DNA from: Octopus sinensis
Taxonomy: Eukaryota
Direction: 5' to 3'
DNA length: 64,000 nucleotides
Assembly (NCBI RefSeq): GCF_006345805.1
Contig: NC_042998.1
Span: 116,374,001-116,438,000 of the forward strand
Shown here: positions 11,901-25,569 of the stretch, piece after piece
Layout of the letters: each line of letters begins with the position of its first letter
Numbering within the stretch: position 1 is the stretch's first letter
Translations under genes and position numbers: made by a program
Notes under the pieces: model-generated
Seen by the model: only the letters and a program-made list of their open reading frames with translations
What the model was told of the DNA's origin: nothing
Databases searched by the model: none

Positions 11901-14217
11901 TTTCAATAGTATAGAAGCGATTACCATGAGAAACATTGCTCGGTTATAAATTTTTGAATATACGAGTGAATTCGTAGAAACTACATTCGTGATAATTGCT
12001 CTGTTTTGTGATATTAGCAAAATACCAATATTAAGTAAGAAAAATACGTTTTGGCAGCTGAATCTCTAGGATAGGTATGAATGATGACTACATACAGAAG
12101 TTGAAAAAAATTTAAGTAGAATTCGTTGTTGGGATAACCAGTTTGAAAACTCGCAACAGGCTTATAATAAAGATGACAAAATAAGAGATATAACTAGCAA
12201 ATCTACTGTCGACATAGAGGTTTCTAGCATACATAGCATAACAGAAAGTACATTTATTAATACCGACAACAAAATAAATGAATATATAAATAAAGTCTGA
12301 CACCCCTACTCTAATCATCATAAGGAATTCCAGTGTTATATCTATTTTGGATTTTTCAACAATTCTTCCATCTGTAGTAACGATATATATAATCTTAATG
12401 ATAAATAATTGATTTATATTTATATTTGTGTATTTTTACTTTCAAGTAAGCGATCAAAAGAACTTTGTGTAAAACATGATCTATTCTAACATAAAATTCT
12501 CAAGTATATCCATTGACTCACAAACAACAATTGTCTATTTTAGGATGTCTATGCATAAGCTAACAACACTAGGTCAGTGGTGTTGTGTTAGTAAATGATC
12601 ACAGAGGTATTCAGTAGAGATACTGCTACAGCTGGTATAAAATAATTGGCCAAAGTCCAAAATATGAAGACATGAAATAGTGATAAAATGTTCCTCTTGC
12701 TTTTAGGAGTAAAAATGCATGGCTTTTGTAAGCACTACTGGTTTGCTGGATCGATACAGTTATTGAGCTATGTGAACGTATATATTGGAACACGTATAAG
12801 GGGAGAATTTCTCAATCAAGTCATGACCTATTAAAATGCGAAGGGGTATACACTTTGGCAAAAACGTTAGCTGTCTTAGGTACAGCAGCAGATGCTGTTG
12901 CAGTAGAGTTATAAGGCGCTGAGGGCAGAAAAAATAAAAGAGATATAATGATCAAGATGTGCTGTTATACTTTTGTCGACTATATTTAGTGTAATTGTTT
13001 AGATGTTTATGTAAGTATCCTCCCTTTTTTTTTAAATTTCATCAGATTTTAAGGGGCAATAGACACGCTGAATGCAAACATCTAGACACATATAACAGTT
13101 CCTTCAGTCCAGCTGCGTTAATATCGGGTCACAATTCGACCTATTCAAGTTGTACAGAAAAATGCAATAGAAATGCTTTCAGTATTGGAAGGAGTTAATC
13201 ACTGGAAACCAAGCTGCATTTGAAATAGCATTTAAAATTTATAAGGGAAAAGAAACGCCACTGTTTGATTCTTGCTTCTATATTTCTCACACATGTGTAA
13301 AGAAACCCTCATATACACATACACACACAAACAAACACTCGCGCATATAGAGGGAATAAATGTCAGTGACGTACTTCCGTCATACAATTTGTACAAGCGC
13401 ACATCTAAACTGGGACCAGATTGATATTAAGTGAAATCAGAAAGATTTCTATTCGTCCTCCAAACGCACTTGCATAAAGCTTGTGATTCATTCCAAGAAA
13501 ACCCTTCATTCATTCCTGATCTTATATCCCATCAAATACTGGCATGTCCCTTCAAGCAATGCTCGTTTACATTTCGATATTGTCTTTCGATCTGTTTACA
13601 AAAGATATAGTAATTACAAGTAAACATCTTCTGGATTCTATGGGGACAGTTTACTGAAATATGAAGCATTATAAACAAAATTATGGAAATTAGGCCACAT
13701 TACGACTGCTTTATATATTCCTTATCTACTCTATTAGCGAAAGCGTGAAGAGTGATCAACAAACCGTGAAAAATCCACTAGAGGTCACGCATGTCAATTT
13801 TTCACAGATCAATAGAATGTCGTATTTACATTCATAGTTAACCTACAATGAGTGCTTTCTAATTATGTGCAACAAACCCTCCCTAAGCTAGCAGCCCCCG
13901 AAAGATTACCAGAATTTTAATGAAAGATAATTTAAAACTGCATGAAAAGAAGTTGCTAAAAGTTCACATTCATCAAACATGCATTCAACATCAGCTGGCA
14001 TGCAAATATTTTACGGCTTAGAGACGTATAGAATGTCACATTCCCGTTAGTCGGGCAGCTGTAATGAGTATTAATTACACCTGTCTGACGAACTGGAAAG
14101 TGAAACACTAAGTTTTGTGAATGTTTTGTAACTTTAATACGAGCATATTACTGAACAAGAGGCATTTGTATATATATATATATATTATATATATATATAT
14201 GATAAATCTCAGAGCGA

Positions 14218-14278
<61 letters not shown>

Positions 14279-14991
14279 TGCATGTGTGTGTGTGTGCGTA
14301 TGCGTGTGTGTGTGCGTGTGTTGGTGTGATGTATCCTGCCATTTTCAACAAACGGAGATCCAGCAATCATCTTCAGAGATCTGCTATCTGTGTCTCTTAT
14401 GAGACTTTAATCCAGCTAATGATTTAGAGTCAGTTTCAAAGCCTGGACATGAGAGAGGGTTACCATAGAAAGCGAGTGGTATGTTAGCTCGAGTCTTTTG
14501 TTCGCTCAGAAATCTTTGAGATGACATAAACCGCTGAATTCATAATTGTTTAGTGCTTTATTTCAAGTTAATCTTCATTCATTGCTTTTCAGTGAAGGGT
14601 TTCAAATGTTTCTGTGGGAATATTTGTCACTTTCGCTTTCAACTTCTTAAACAGAAGCAATCGCCTTCTCGCATTTCTGCTTTCATAATGCCGCTTGCCA
14701 TATATAAGGTATTTTGCAATACTGTTGTCATTTATTCGGATGAAGCGGCAAAATCCATCCTCATTGGGATTGTCAATGTAAGGATCGTAAACCAAACATT
14801 TTATTTGACCTTTTTAATATTGTATAATACCACGTTCATAAACATCTTGCAGTTATTTTTAAATTTGCTTTAAATAAACAACTTCATTTTAAGACACACA
14901 CACACACAAATACGTACACGCTCACAGACACATACATGCACACATACGCATACACACATACACACACACATATATATATATATTTGGATGT

Positions 14992-15060
<69 letters not shown>

Positions 15061-15064
15061 TTAC

Positions 15065-15654
15065 GTATTCCTGGTTTTTATGCACTAAGCCACTTGGTGT
15101 TAAATTGATGGTACCATTAAATTAGTATCCAATTTTCTCACCCTTATTAGTTGATTGTAATTATACTACATTTAATTTTTGATGTAGTATCTGTTTCCGA
15201 GAATTTTGGCGGACTTTGGCGGGGACATTTGAATTATAACGGCGACTGCAATCGACTGAACCGCATGTCTGTTTATCGTTATGCTAAAATCTGGCATGCG
15301 GTTGAGTAAATTGTATTCTAGACAAATTCGGCCGAGGAGCTACAGATATGTTATGTGAGTAAAATTACATAATTTATTAATAATGAAACAATTGTCCTGA
15401 ATTAATCTACATTTTTGTTATTTTTTATTTGCCCTCTTCGTTAACGCTAATAGTTGTGCTAACTTTCATCGGAAACAATGCTTCGTGGCTGAAAACTAGC
15501 GGATCTATTTTTAGTGCTAGAGTCGACCACACAGCGGTCACTCTCTTATATTTATGTATAAAATTTATTGTATTCCTGGTTTTTATGCACTAAGCCACTC
15601 GGTGTTAAATTGATGGTACTAATAAATTAGTATCCAATTTTCTCACCCTTATTA
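15065..15654. mobile_element. ~590-bp element bounded by 85-bp direct repeats (15065-15149, 15570-15654)
   Basis: Near-identical direct repeats next to (TA)n. The repeat resembles 3984-4050 (GCCACT.G...AATT..CT.ACCCTTATT). Confidence 0.6.
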
Positions 15655-15657
15655 TGT

Positions 15658-15726
<69 letters not shown>

Positions 15727-15730
<4 letters not shown>

Positions 15731-15920
15731 GGTCCCGGGTTGATTCGGGGTTAACCACAGTAAATAAGGTACTCAATACATAGCAGAGTAAAATTAATTT
15801 ATTATATAGAAGGAGCTTCTACAGGACTAGAACTGTTTCATTCAAGAGAAATCTTCAGGAAGCTTCCTGAAGATTTCTCTTGAATGAAACAGTTCTAGTC
15901 CTGTAGAAGCTCCTTCTATA

Positions 15921-15930
<10 letters not shown>
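15727..15930. mobile_element. Fold-back hammerhead-bearing element, family A copy 2: perfect 136-bp palindrome 15795-15930, opposite orientation to copy 1
   Basis: Same sequence as 4108-4308 in reverse orientation, with three substitutions mirrored in both arms. Flanked by (TA)n. Confidence 0.85.
15857..15914 (+). ncRNA. Type I hammerhead ribozyme (mirror copy on the minus strand)
   Basis: CTGAAGA 15867-15873; stem II TTC/TCTT/GAA; GAAAC 15886-15890; GTA ending at 15905; stems I and III as in copy 1. Confidence 0.75.
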
Positions 15931-15957
<27 letters not shown>

Positions 15958-15960
<3 letters not shown>

Positions 15961-16138
15961 TACATCTATACATACGTACACACACATATACGTATGATCA
16001 GCCGAAATTACGAGGATGATCCGGTTCTTGACTGACGATTAGAGGCTTCGAATGACCCGTCCGTTTTTTTTGTCCTCTATTTTAATGTTTTGCGTTCTTG
16101 TCCCATTTTGTATTTTTATATATATTTTTTATACATGC

Positions 16139-16169
<31 letters not shown>

Positions 16170-16242
16170 ATATATATATATTATATATATATTATATATA
16201 CATATTTATATATATATACATATTTATGTATATATACATATT

Positions 16243-16288
<46 letters not shown>

Positions 16289-16466
16289 TACATCTATACA
16301 TACGTACACACACATATACGTATGATCAGCCGAAATTACGAGGATGATCCGGTTCTTGACTGACGATTAGAGGCTTCGAATGACCCGTCCGTTTTTTTTG
16401 TCGTCTATTTTAATGTTTTGCGTTCTTGTCCCATTTTGTATTTTTATATATATTTTTTATACATGC

Positions 16467-16526
<60 letters not shown>

Positions 16527-16561
16527 TTATATATATATACATATTTATATATATACATATT

Positions 16562-16607
<46 letters not shown>

Positions 16608-16630
16608 TACACACACTTATATATACACAC

Positions 16631-16663
<33 letters not shown>

Positions 16664-16666
16664 CAA

Positions 16667-16713
<47 letters not shown>

Positions 16714-16720
16714 AAATTAA
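15958..16720. repeat. Tandem duplication, period 328 bp, each unit ending in a (TA)-rich tract
   Basis: Cores 15958-16140 and 16286-16468 are identical except for one base I could see. Part of the core recurs inverted and diverged near 59745-59825. Confidence 0.8.
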
Positions 16721-16851
16721 GAGGAGAGGAATGGCCAATAAGGTGGACACCTAGTATGCTAAACATAGATGTTCAAATTGACATTATCACGAAGAAAAGT
16801 CTCAGCTAAACGCCAAAATTTAAAATTGTGCAAGACAAATGGAAATATACG

Positions 16852-16903
<52 letters not shown>

Positions 16904-18804
16904 TAGCTGACGTACCCGGTAATTCTCGGTAAATGTAGGCTTATCTCTTTGTTCTGTTCTCATAATTGTTTCGCTAATCCAATAACGAAAATACAAAGTA
17001 TTTAGCCATTAAGACGGTTTTATTGCATTTACAGAGATTACTGAACTGTCTCCCAGAATGACAATCTCAACACCTGAACGACTTTCCCCCAATTCATTAC
17101 TATATCTCTTTCCTTTTTCATCATTGTTAAAATTAAAGAAGCTAGAAAATATCGATCGTATTTTAGTTTAATTTTCACGTTAATTTACTAAGGCTCTCCT
17201 TTCCCAATCTCTATCTCTTCACTCTTTTCTGCTACGAATAAGTTTATAGATTCACTCTCACAATCTACTAGTTTCTCAAAAAGTTTCATGGGTTTTACAG
17301 CCAATACGTTTGGATAGATTTTCACTGGAAAGGTAACTTTTTATGTTAATATGTTTGTTAAATTCTACTTTAGTTTGCTGTAACGTTGAATGACTCCAGG
17401 ACAGAACAAATATTATTGTCAATAAAACATTGTATATTTTAAACAAAAATCCACCTTCATGAATTTCACGCGCGCAACTACTCTCTGTGATAAACTCAAC
17501 AGAAGACGACATACTGATTTATCTCTGAGCAGATGACTAAACTTCCATACATTGGAATGAATAGAAAATTGCGTCCGTAGGCTTTTAAGTTATGAATTGT
17601 ACCCTAAAAATCATGGTAGAAGTTCTAATCTAACTTGACAGCCTAACAATAGCTTCGCCTGTTAATTGTAGCCTTGATGACATATATTTCCTCATACCTC
17701 AGCAACCATCGGGTCAACGATTCTACCACGCTAGTAAATGTAAACAAGAATAATAAGCATCCCGTATCGCCAGCGAGAATCAAACTTGTGTAGAAGTTGT
17801 GACATTCTCAGCAATACATCTGAACGATTAATTCCCGCTGTTTAACACCTATGAAACCTTTTGTGAAGGAAATACGATTGTAAATGTCAACACAAATATT
17901 AAGTTTGCACATTACATGCCCAATATTCTTTTTGTTTCGATTGTATATATTGTCTACTTATACTGTACAACTCAAATTAATCTCAACCACAACTTAGGGT
18001 AATCAATTCTATGAGATAGAGTGTAAATTTTTGTTTCTTCTGGGGCATACTGAAAACAACCAACAGCTTGTAATTAATGTTAACCAATAAGTCAGTTGGG
18101 AAAATATTTTTGTATTTTAAGTCAAAGAACAACATCCAAAGATGAAAGCTTGTTTTGTTTATGCAAAATTTTTGGACAAGCTAATGTGAATTTGGGCTCC
18201 TAATAGCATTAATAATCTCTAATAGTTGAGTTTATTCAAAATTCTTTCATATGGAATATGTAATATTCTAAAGTAGGTTAACACGATTACATCGCAAAAC
18301 ACGGAGTCACAGAAAAAGGCTTTTTTCCTTATTGTTGAAAGCATACATCTCTATCGTCAGTTTGGATGACCTAACCACATCTAATGCATCAGTGGCTTCA
18401 GGTTAGCAAAATCTCTTCAATAGAATGAACTGTGTTCAGGAGCGACACAAAGAAAAAAACGGATGCTAACACAGCCTTTTAAAGAATGACTAAACGTACA
18501 GATAAACCCCGCTATAATAGCATAGCATTCATGGATTACAGCATACATGACTAACTGCATGGAAATGATAGGAGAGTTAAAGCATTTTGAAACAAGACGA
18601 TGTTTATTACAGAGAAAGGGAGGAGAAAAATAAAAGAAACATTCCACCATTAGAGCAAACCTAGCGTTGTCCAAGACCTAAGTATTCACATCTCAAATAA
18701 TATTTCAAATATGAAATAAGCCATTAACATTTAGATACAAACACATATGCATGAGCATGTACATGTACGTGAATTTCTCTGTTACACCTCCTTCTCTATC
18801 TCTG

Positions 18805-18847
<43 letters not shown>

Positions 18848-19282
18848 ATGCTTACTATCTCATTTAAAACTCACACTCACACGCAGTCATATACACATCA
18901 GCGAATACATTCAATGTTTCTAGCGTAAAGCACTGTAATTAAGCATGAAATATGATCAGTTTCTTTATATACGTGTCTGTTCTCGCTTGCGTGTATCTAA
19001 CGTGTGTGTGCGTGTGTGTGTGTCTACTATGACGCATGATATGCCTTCAGATACACACACACACTCACACACACACACATATATATGTATATATATATGT
19101 CCTATACAAACGCATGTGTATATACAACTTCTAATATTTTTCTCATACACTCGCAGACATGTGTCTATGAGTAGACATTTATTTGCGTGTTTATATGAAT
19201 GTTTAAACGAAAGATCAATCGTATATATAATGTATGTATCTATATACGTATGTATATATTCTTTTATTCTTCTATTTCTTTC

Positions 19283-19513
19283 AGTCATTTGACGGCGGCC
19301 ATGCTGGATCACTTTCTTTAGTTGAACAAATCGACTAGAGGACTTATTCTTTGTAAGCCTAGTACTTATTGTATCGGTATGTTTTGCCGAACCACTAAGT
19401 TACGGGGGATGTACACACACCAACAACACTTGTCAAGCGATGATAGGGGCACAAATACAAACACGCAAATATATACAGACACAGACATACAGACACACAT
19501 ACACACACACACA

Positions 19514-19547
<34 letters not shown>

Positions 19548-19559
19548 ACACACACACAC

Positions 19560-19613
<54 letters not shown>

Positions 19614-19775
19614 TATACGAAGGGCTTCCAGTTTCTGACTACCAAATCCACTCACAAAGCTTTGGTAGGCCAGAGGCTATAGTAGAAGACACTTGTCCAA
19701 GATGCCACGCAGTGGTACTGAACCCGGAACCATCTGGTTGGTGAGCAAAGTACATACAACGCAGCCAGTCCTGCT
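19283..19775 (-). mobile_element. tRNA-derived SINE with internal microsatellite
   Basis: Reverse complement of the family at 27818 and 29218. Head GGCTGCGTTGTATG...GGTTCAGTACCACTGCGTGG; tail with CCAGCATGGCCGC. Confidence 0.85.
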
Positions 19776-19810
19776 TCTATATATATGTATATATGTATAT
19801 ATATATTTAC

Positions 19811-19877
<67 letters not shown>

Positions 19878-22800
19878 TATATACACATAAATAAGTGTAT
19901 GTGTTTGTGTGTGTTTGTGTGTATGTGTATTTGTGTATATGTGCGTGCGTTTGTGTTTGTGTCTGCATGTGTGCATGTATGTCTTCATATCATAAGGCTT
20001 TGAATACAAGTCATTTTTAATTATTTCTGCAATGCGAAACCAAAAAGTGGAAAACTACTTTCAATTTGAGTCTTCTTTTAATACATGATACTGTTTGAGT
20101 TTCTATAATTTCGGAGTACATAACCAATTGAATGGAATTCATAACCGAGCATTTTTCCATTTTTCCATCCTACACTTGACCTGTTTTATTGATTAGACCG
20201 TTATTGGCAAAACATTTAGATCCTGTCTGTGTTTAGATGCCAACTTCATTATCTTGTTCTAAACGTATTGATTGATAAATAAACAGTCAAATATAACATG
20301 CCCGAATGAAACGGGTTTGAAGCTAAAGCTATTTACTCTTCGGTTGAAATTAAAAGCAATTAGATAAAACACGTTAGTGTTCCCTAACATTGTTTTACAT
20401 TATTTAAAATCAATCTGTATTAAAAAAAAACTGATAACTAATAAATGCCCCAGCCTTGTTGATAAAGTCCATGAAATTTAAGTTTTCAATGATTTACATA
20501 TGGCTTAAGAACTATTGATTGTATACTCGTGTCAGATAATCCTGTATTTCATCAAATAAGTTGTTTTGAAAAAATAATTAAAATACTGGGTTAGTTCGTC
20601 CACTCTGCTTGGGAGTAGCTAATATTATCCTCGAAATCAATTAACACTTGGACAACGGAACAAATGGACAAAGTAGATTAATTCAATTCCAATATATTAT
20701 TTCTTCTGATTAAACATCGATTGACCGAATATATCATCAGGCCATATGCTCTCATACACTGTAAACTATTCCGTGTGGTTTTTGAGTAAGCATTTGAGGA
20801 ATTATTGGCATTCAAGGACCAATTGAATATGCATATGTCTCTGTGAGTGTGCGTACATATATGAAGGGAGATGGAGAGAGAGATGTGAAAGGAGATATGT
20901 AGATGTTAGAGAGATTGCTAGATAGATGGATAGGTAAATAGGTAGATAGAGGGAGAGGGTGAAACGGGAAGAGTAGGTATCGTTTCTTCCGAAATAATCC
21001 AAAAGTACACTTGAGAATGTACAGTATGGGAATGTGCAGAAAGTGTCCGGAAAAATGGTGTTATTAAGATATGCCCATGTAGTTATGTTTAATTTATTAA
21101 AACAAATGCGTTTTAAAGTGTTGGAGTACACAGTGCGTAGGAGTATTATAGATAAAACAAATTTTACAGGGTTATTGATGTTCTACATTCAGTTTTCCCT
21201 TGTAAGTTTTATACTTTCCTTTCAATTCCAATATCCCTGAAAGAGTCATAAATAGTCGATGGAATGCCAATAACTCAACGGCAGGAAAACATCAATAACT
21301 GATTCCCTATGTAATGAACTAATTATAAAATGAAGGGTATACAAAATCAATTGCAAAGATTTCTATTCAACAATTCGGAGGTTTTTCCTTCACTCTGAAA
21401 CAAGTTGAAACGACTTTCATGCAAACATTTACTGTGGCGAAGAAAAGTAAGCACTGATAATAATTTTGTTAAATACATGGTATTTCACATTATTTCAGGG
21501 AAATAATGCAGCGATAACTACGAGTCATCTCGTATACTAATTCGACGCAGATTAAACCAGGAACATCAACGTATCAATATAGCATGTTAGCTTCATTTCA
21601 AATCTAATTATGAAGAAGGACTTCATGTAATTGTCTCAGACTTCAGCAACAGATGGGTATAGAAGAATGTTAATAAGTTATTTGATTCAACATGGTTTGG
21701 AATAACCAGCAGAAAATTTCTCGTAATTTACTGCAATATACATTGAATGTCATTGAATTCAATATTCAACAATTGATGCCAACAAATTAGACGAATGCTG
21801 CTATATATAAACATTAATGCCAGTTTCATGAAAATCTTTTTTTTTCTTTTTTTTTTTTACTTCTACTGCTGAATTAAGAAATCATTCAGGAGCTAATTTG
21901 CACATTTATTCTCCGCTTCAATTACGGTTAGAACATTCAGAAGCTTAAACAAATTATTTTCAGTCGTCTTTTTGTTCGTCGCAGTGAATATTTACGTGGA
22001 GATTATTCCAAACAAATGTAAAATACTACCGAGTTGATAAACACAGAAGGCTTCAGTTTAGTTTATGTCAAATGCATTCTATTATCAGTACATTATATAT
22101 AAACACCCATTGATATTTTCCCAACGTTACGTTATTGTCATTTCAGAGGTCACAATAGAAACTAGTTCAAAGCAAGAATGCTATTCGAAATATCTTGTAT
22201 TTAAAAGATTGTTTTCACCATGTTATTGAGCAAAGAATAATTAAGGTATGTTTTCGATAGCTAGCACGATCCACTTTGCAGCTTGCTTTTCATGTGCTTA
22301 CTTCCAATAGATATTGTAACAATGCACAGCGAGTTTATATTGGATATAAAATACTAAACACCAAGAGCTATCTCAGAGAATTGCTTTCTTTTGTGTAATT
22401 CGATGCACAACTTTATCTTTTATCTTACCTTCAATTTTTGTAATATTTTACCCTGGGAGTAACAAATTGAATAGATCAAACAATATAAACAACAATTCAA
22501 AAGAAAATGCGAGATGATTGACTATCCAGTTTGAAGATTGCAGAAAGAAAGCGCATACAAATAACGGATAATTAGTTCAGAATTGTGTTTGAGGATTACT
22601 AAAACAAAGATGGCTGGAAGGCATCGTAACTCTTAGTAAAAAATGATCAATTCTGCTGTTGAAACAGCTTGTGCAAAAGAGAATAATTGAAAGGAAGTAA
22701 AAGATATGTAGCGTGAAAACGTTTCACTTATTCAATGGTATTTCTTCACGTGCTGGACAAGAATCCTACATTATATACCTATGTAGAAGTCTACGTGATT

Positions 22801-23703
22801 AATTGTATGACAAATGCTATAGATTATACGACCTGTTACTGAAGATGTTAAGTCTAATAACACAAATAATATAAATTATACGTTTTAAAGAAATTGTATA
22901 TACTGTTGTGTTATATTTCAAATGCAGAATAAACGAATCCAAACTGAAGCAAAAGCTATTTCATATATGCTAAACATAAATATCAATAACTGAACGAAAT
23001 AATTTAGCAATTTAATTAGGATTCAATATCTTAGATAATGCACATTGCGTTACAAAAATAACAAATAGAATATTTTAATTACGAAAATAAAATCTATTAA
23101 TTATCAGACGTGTTGCTAACGAATTACTATGTTGTATTTCAAAGTTTCCTATTGCAATAATTAGAATCCATATTTATTGACAAACTGTTTCCTCTGTGTC
23201 ATATACTTGAAAACTTCACGATTTACATTAAATAATGATTTCCAAATATCGAGTTTACCATAACCATAGTCGTCACTCGCAAACGAGAAGGGCTTCATAT
23301 TATGTACTATGTTTTCTCTAATCATTATAGATGTATATATTGTAACGAGTATATATAGACACCATTTTGTCTCGACATCTGACATAACACCTAGAAGACG
23401 TTGGGGTTCAAATAGCATTCGGCTGGTACACATTTTTAATAAAGTAGTTTGAAACACCGTGAAGTGTTTCCTTGTGTGACAGAGGGCATTTTCTGGTCAA
23501 GGAATCAACTTCATGATCCTACAAACAAACATCCAACTCCTGAAATAACAGGCCACCCACCCTCAAACATATGCTTATTCTTATTATTTATAAATCTTAT
23601 CGAAACAAAAAGAGACAGAAACGAAGCTATTTACTGTTCCTGTACTTATTTACTGTTCCAGATAAATGATAAACTCAATGAAACTAAATCAATTGTTACT
23701 TAC

Positions 23704-23961
23704 CGTCATTATCTTCATATAAAACTGCAAACTTCCTCCAACCCCAGTACCGGATAAGATCTAGGTAAGCTCTTCCCATTGTCTGGTAGTGGGGGTAAAT
23801 GTTGATGGCGAAAAAACTCCTGACATTTACATCCCTCGAATCCCATTCTGTGTGTAAGTTCGGAATTTGAAGTGATCCACATATTGATTGCACGTGTGCA
23901 GCAGATACAGTAGATATTGGTCCAAAAATTGCGGCAACACCTTTTTTAATTTGTTGACATA
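23704..23961 (-). CDS. GRIK2-like: Internal exon of a kainate-type ionotropic glutamate receptor, amino-terminal (LIVBP-like) domain
   Basis: Minus strand reads tttcatttcag|TA TGT CAA ... AAT GAC G|gtaagt: 258 nt, phase 1 at both ends. Translation (V)CQQIKKGVAAIFGPISTVSAAHVQSICGSLQIPNLHTEWDSRDVNVRSFFAINIYPHYQTMGRAYLDLIRYWGWRKFAVLYEDNDG matches the GVAAIFGP...HVQSIC..L.IP and W.W..F..LY.D..G motifs of kainate/AMPA-type iGluR ATDs. The symbol is family-level only and the exact orthologue is uncertain. I could not find neighbouring exons by eye. Confidence 0.93.
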
Positions 23962-24228
23962 CTGAAATGAAAATTGAAAAGGAATGATTAAATTCATCTC
24001 TAAGACACTTTTAAGTCGATATTCATAGTTTATAAGTGTATAAAATGTTAACGATTCAAAGAGACATTTCCAACGTGTATGTGTCAGTGCAAATAAATGT
24101 GTGCTTTTGTGATTACCGTATGCATGCATGCATGTATGTATGTATGTATGCATGTATGTATGTATGTATGTATGTATGTATGTATGAATGTGTGTATGTA
24201 TGTATGCTTGTATGTTTGTATGTATGTA

Positions 24229-24273
<45 letters not shown>

Positions 24274-24559
24274 CACTGAAAATATGTGTCGGTCCATGTG
24301 AATCCCCAAAACTCAAGAATTACCCAACCCATTTCCTTCAAATTTTACACATGCATTGCATAGCGTCCTTGGAGTGTCATGATCCAAACGAATGTTCAAG
24401 CCATTACATAATGCGGGTCCGGAGCTATCTTTTAAACTGTTTCGGTATTAAAGACAACGGATGATATTGTTTCACTTTTCTTCTTTCACTTTGAATTATA
24501 ATGTGATAACACTAGGTTCATCTCATTTCTATTATATTTAAAATAAATGAATAATTTTG

Positions 24560-24790
24560 ATCCTAATGTGAACAACGTTACGGATCGGCCACTTTCCGTC
24601 TTTATGACCCCCACAACGAAATGATGTATCAGTATATATGTGTTGACTGACATGACGAACGGCTGTAGGTGAAACCCTTGACAAAAAACAATGAGGTGGC
24701 AGGTCCAACATATTTAAAAATACGCATTTACCGCTCAATTACCAGTTAATAATTATCGCAACAGTTGCAAGGTTGCAGGATTTTTACAGT
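24560..24790 (-). mobile_element. Helitron/PIF1 helicase C-terminal remnant
   Basis: AIIIN...LDLPPHCF..SRVS...GK..RNVVH resembles AMTINKSQGQ...LDL..PCFSHGQLYVA.SRV...T.NVVY. Confidence 0.5.
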
Positions 24791-24889
24791 TACGAATTAA
24801 CCCTTAAATCAACATTTAATACATGTGTTTCATATATATATATATATATATATATTACAACATTTATCTATAATAATTAATGTGGCTTA

Positions 24890-25400
24890 GAAATATTGCA
24901 TTTCTAAGTCTCTCAGAGAGAGTTGCACATTAGCAGCACGATAAAGTGATGGTTTGTTGCCAACTTAATGTGGTAGTCCACAAACGGTGTTTCTTGATGC
25001 TAAATAGCAGTAGCATTCTTCCCTTTCCTAGGACTACCACATTAAGTTGACAACAAACCATCACATTTTCGTGCTCCTACTGTACAACTCTCTCTGAGAG
25101 ATTTAGAAGTGCAATATTTCCAACTTTGTAGATCAGTGAATTTATTCCACTTGATATTCTAAGTTTTCAACAGCTAGCAAGGCCAAGCTACTCCAGAATG
25201 ATGAAGGACAACAACCCTGAAACTAATCTCTGGTTGCTGGCCTTTTGAGGTGGAGTTGCTTATCACCCTTGTTTGAAAACGTAAGGACACAGTACGCTTG
25301 TGTCACGTAGCCAACCATAAACGATGTTTCTTAGGGCTAAATTGCAATAGCATTGTTCTCTTTCCTGGGACTGCCACATTAAGTTGGCAATAAACTATCA
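24890..25400. mobile_element. Fold-back element: ~90-bp inverted arms (24890-24979 vs 25031-25120), direct repeat (24983-25062 vs 25322-25400) and degenerate hammerhead at 25198-25240
   Basis: ATGATGA-AGG/ACAACAAC/CCT-GAAAC-TA..TGGTT. Direct-repeat period is about 340 bp. Confidence 0.6.
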
Positions 25401-25569
25401 ATTATTGTGGCATTTACCGTTAAATTAGCAGTTCGTACATATGCTTCTATTTGGGTAATTTACACTGCATACAAAAATAAAGACATGCAACTGCTTGCAA
25501 AGATAGAAATGAATGTATAAGTTTTCCATCGCTCATAATTGTTTATTTGCAATATTGAAATATGCTATC

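Noticed and set aside
12690-12926. Strong minus-strand acceptor near 12920
   Set aside because: No frame matches the expected LIRLQE-type exon convincingly, and I found no matching donor.
14085-14125. Hammerhead-like core CTGACGA-ACT/GGAA/AGT-GAAAC
   Set aside because: Core and stem II look good, but I could not build stems I and III with a valid NUH site. At best it is a decayed copy.
14589-14795. Protein-like 68-aa minus ORF
   Set aside because: Non-ATG start, no recognisable family and no splice support.
15990-16070. CTGACGA and nearby GAAA in the duplicated core (related sequence near 59745-59825)
   Set aside because: The order and pairing do not give a hammerhead topology.
16902-17800. 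ACTAGCTGACGTACCCGG start resembling non-autonomous Helitron-like ends
   Set aside because: I could not confirm a 3' hairpin, terminus or Rep/helicase motif.
23161-23457. 98-aa ORF just downstream of the receptor exon
   Set aside because: No recognisable homology or splice framing; probably a chance intronic ORF.
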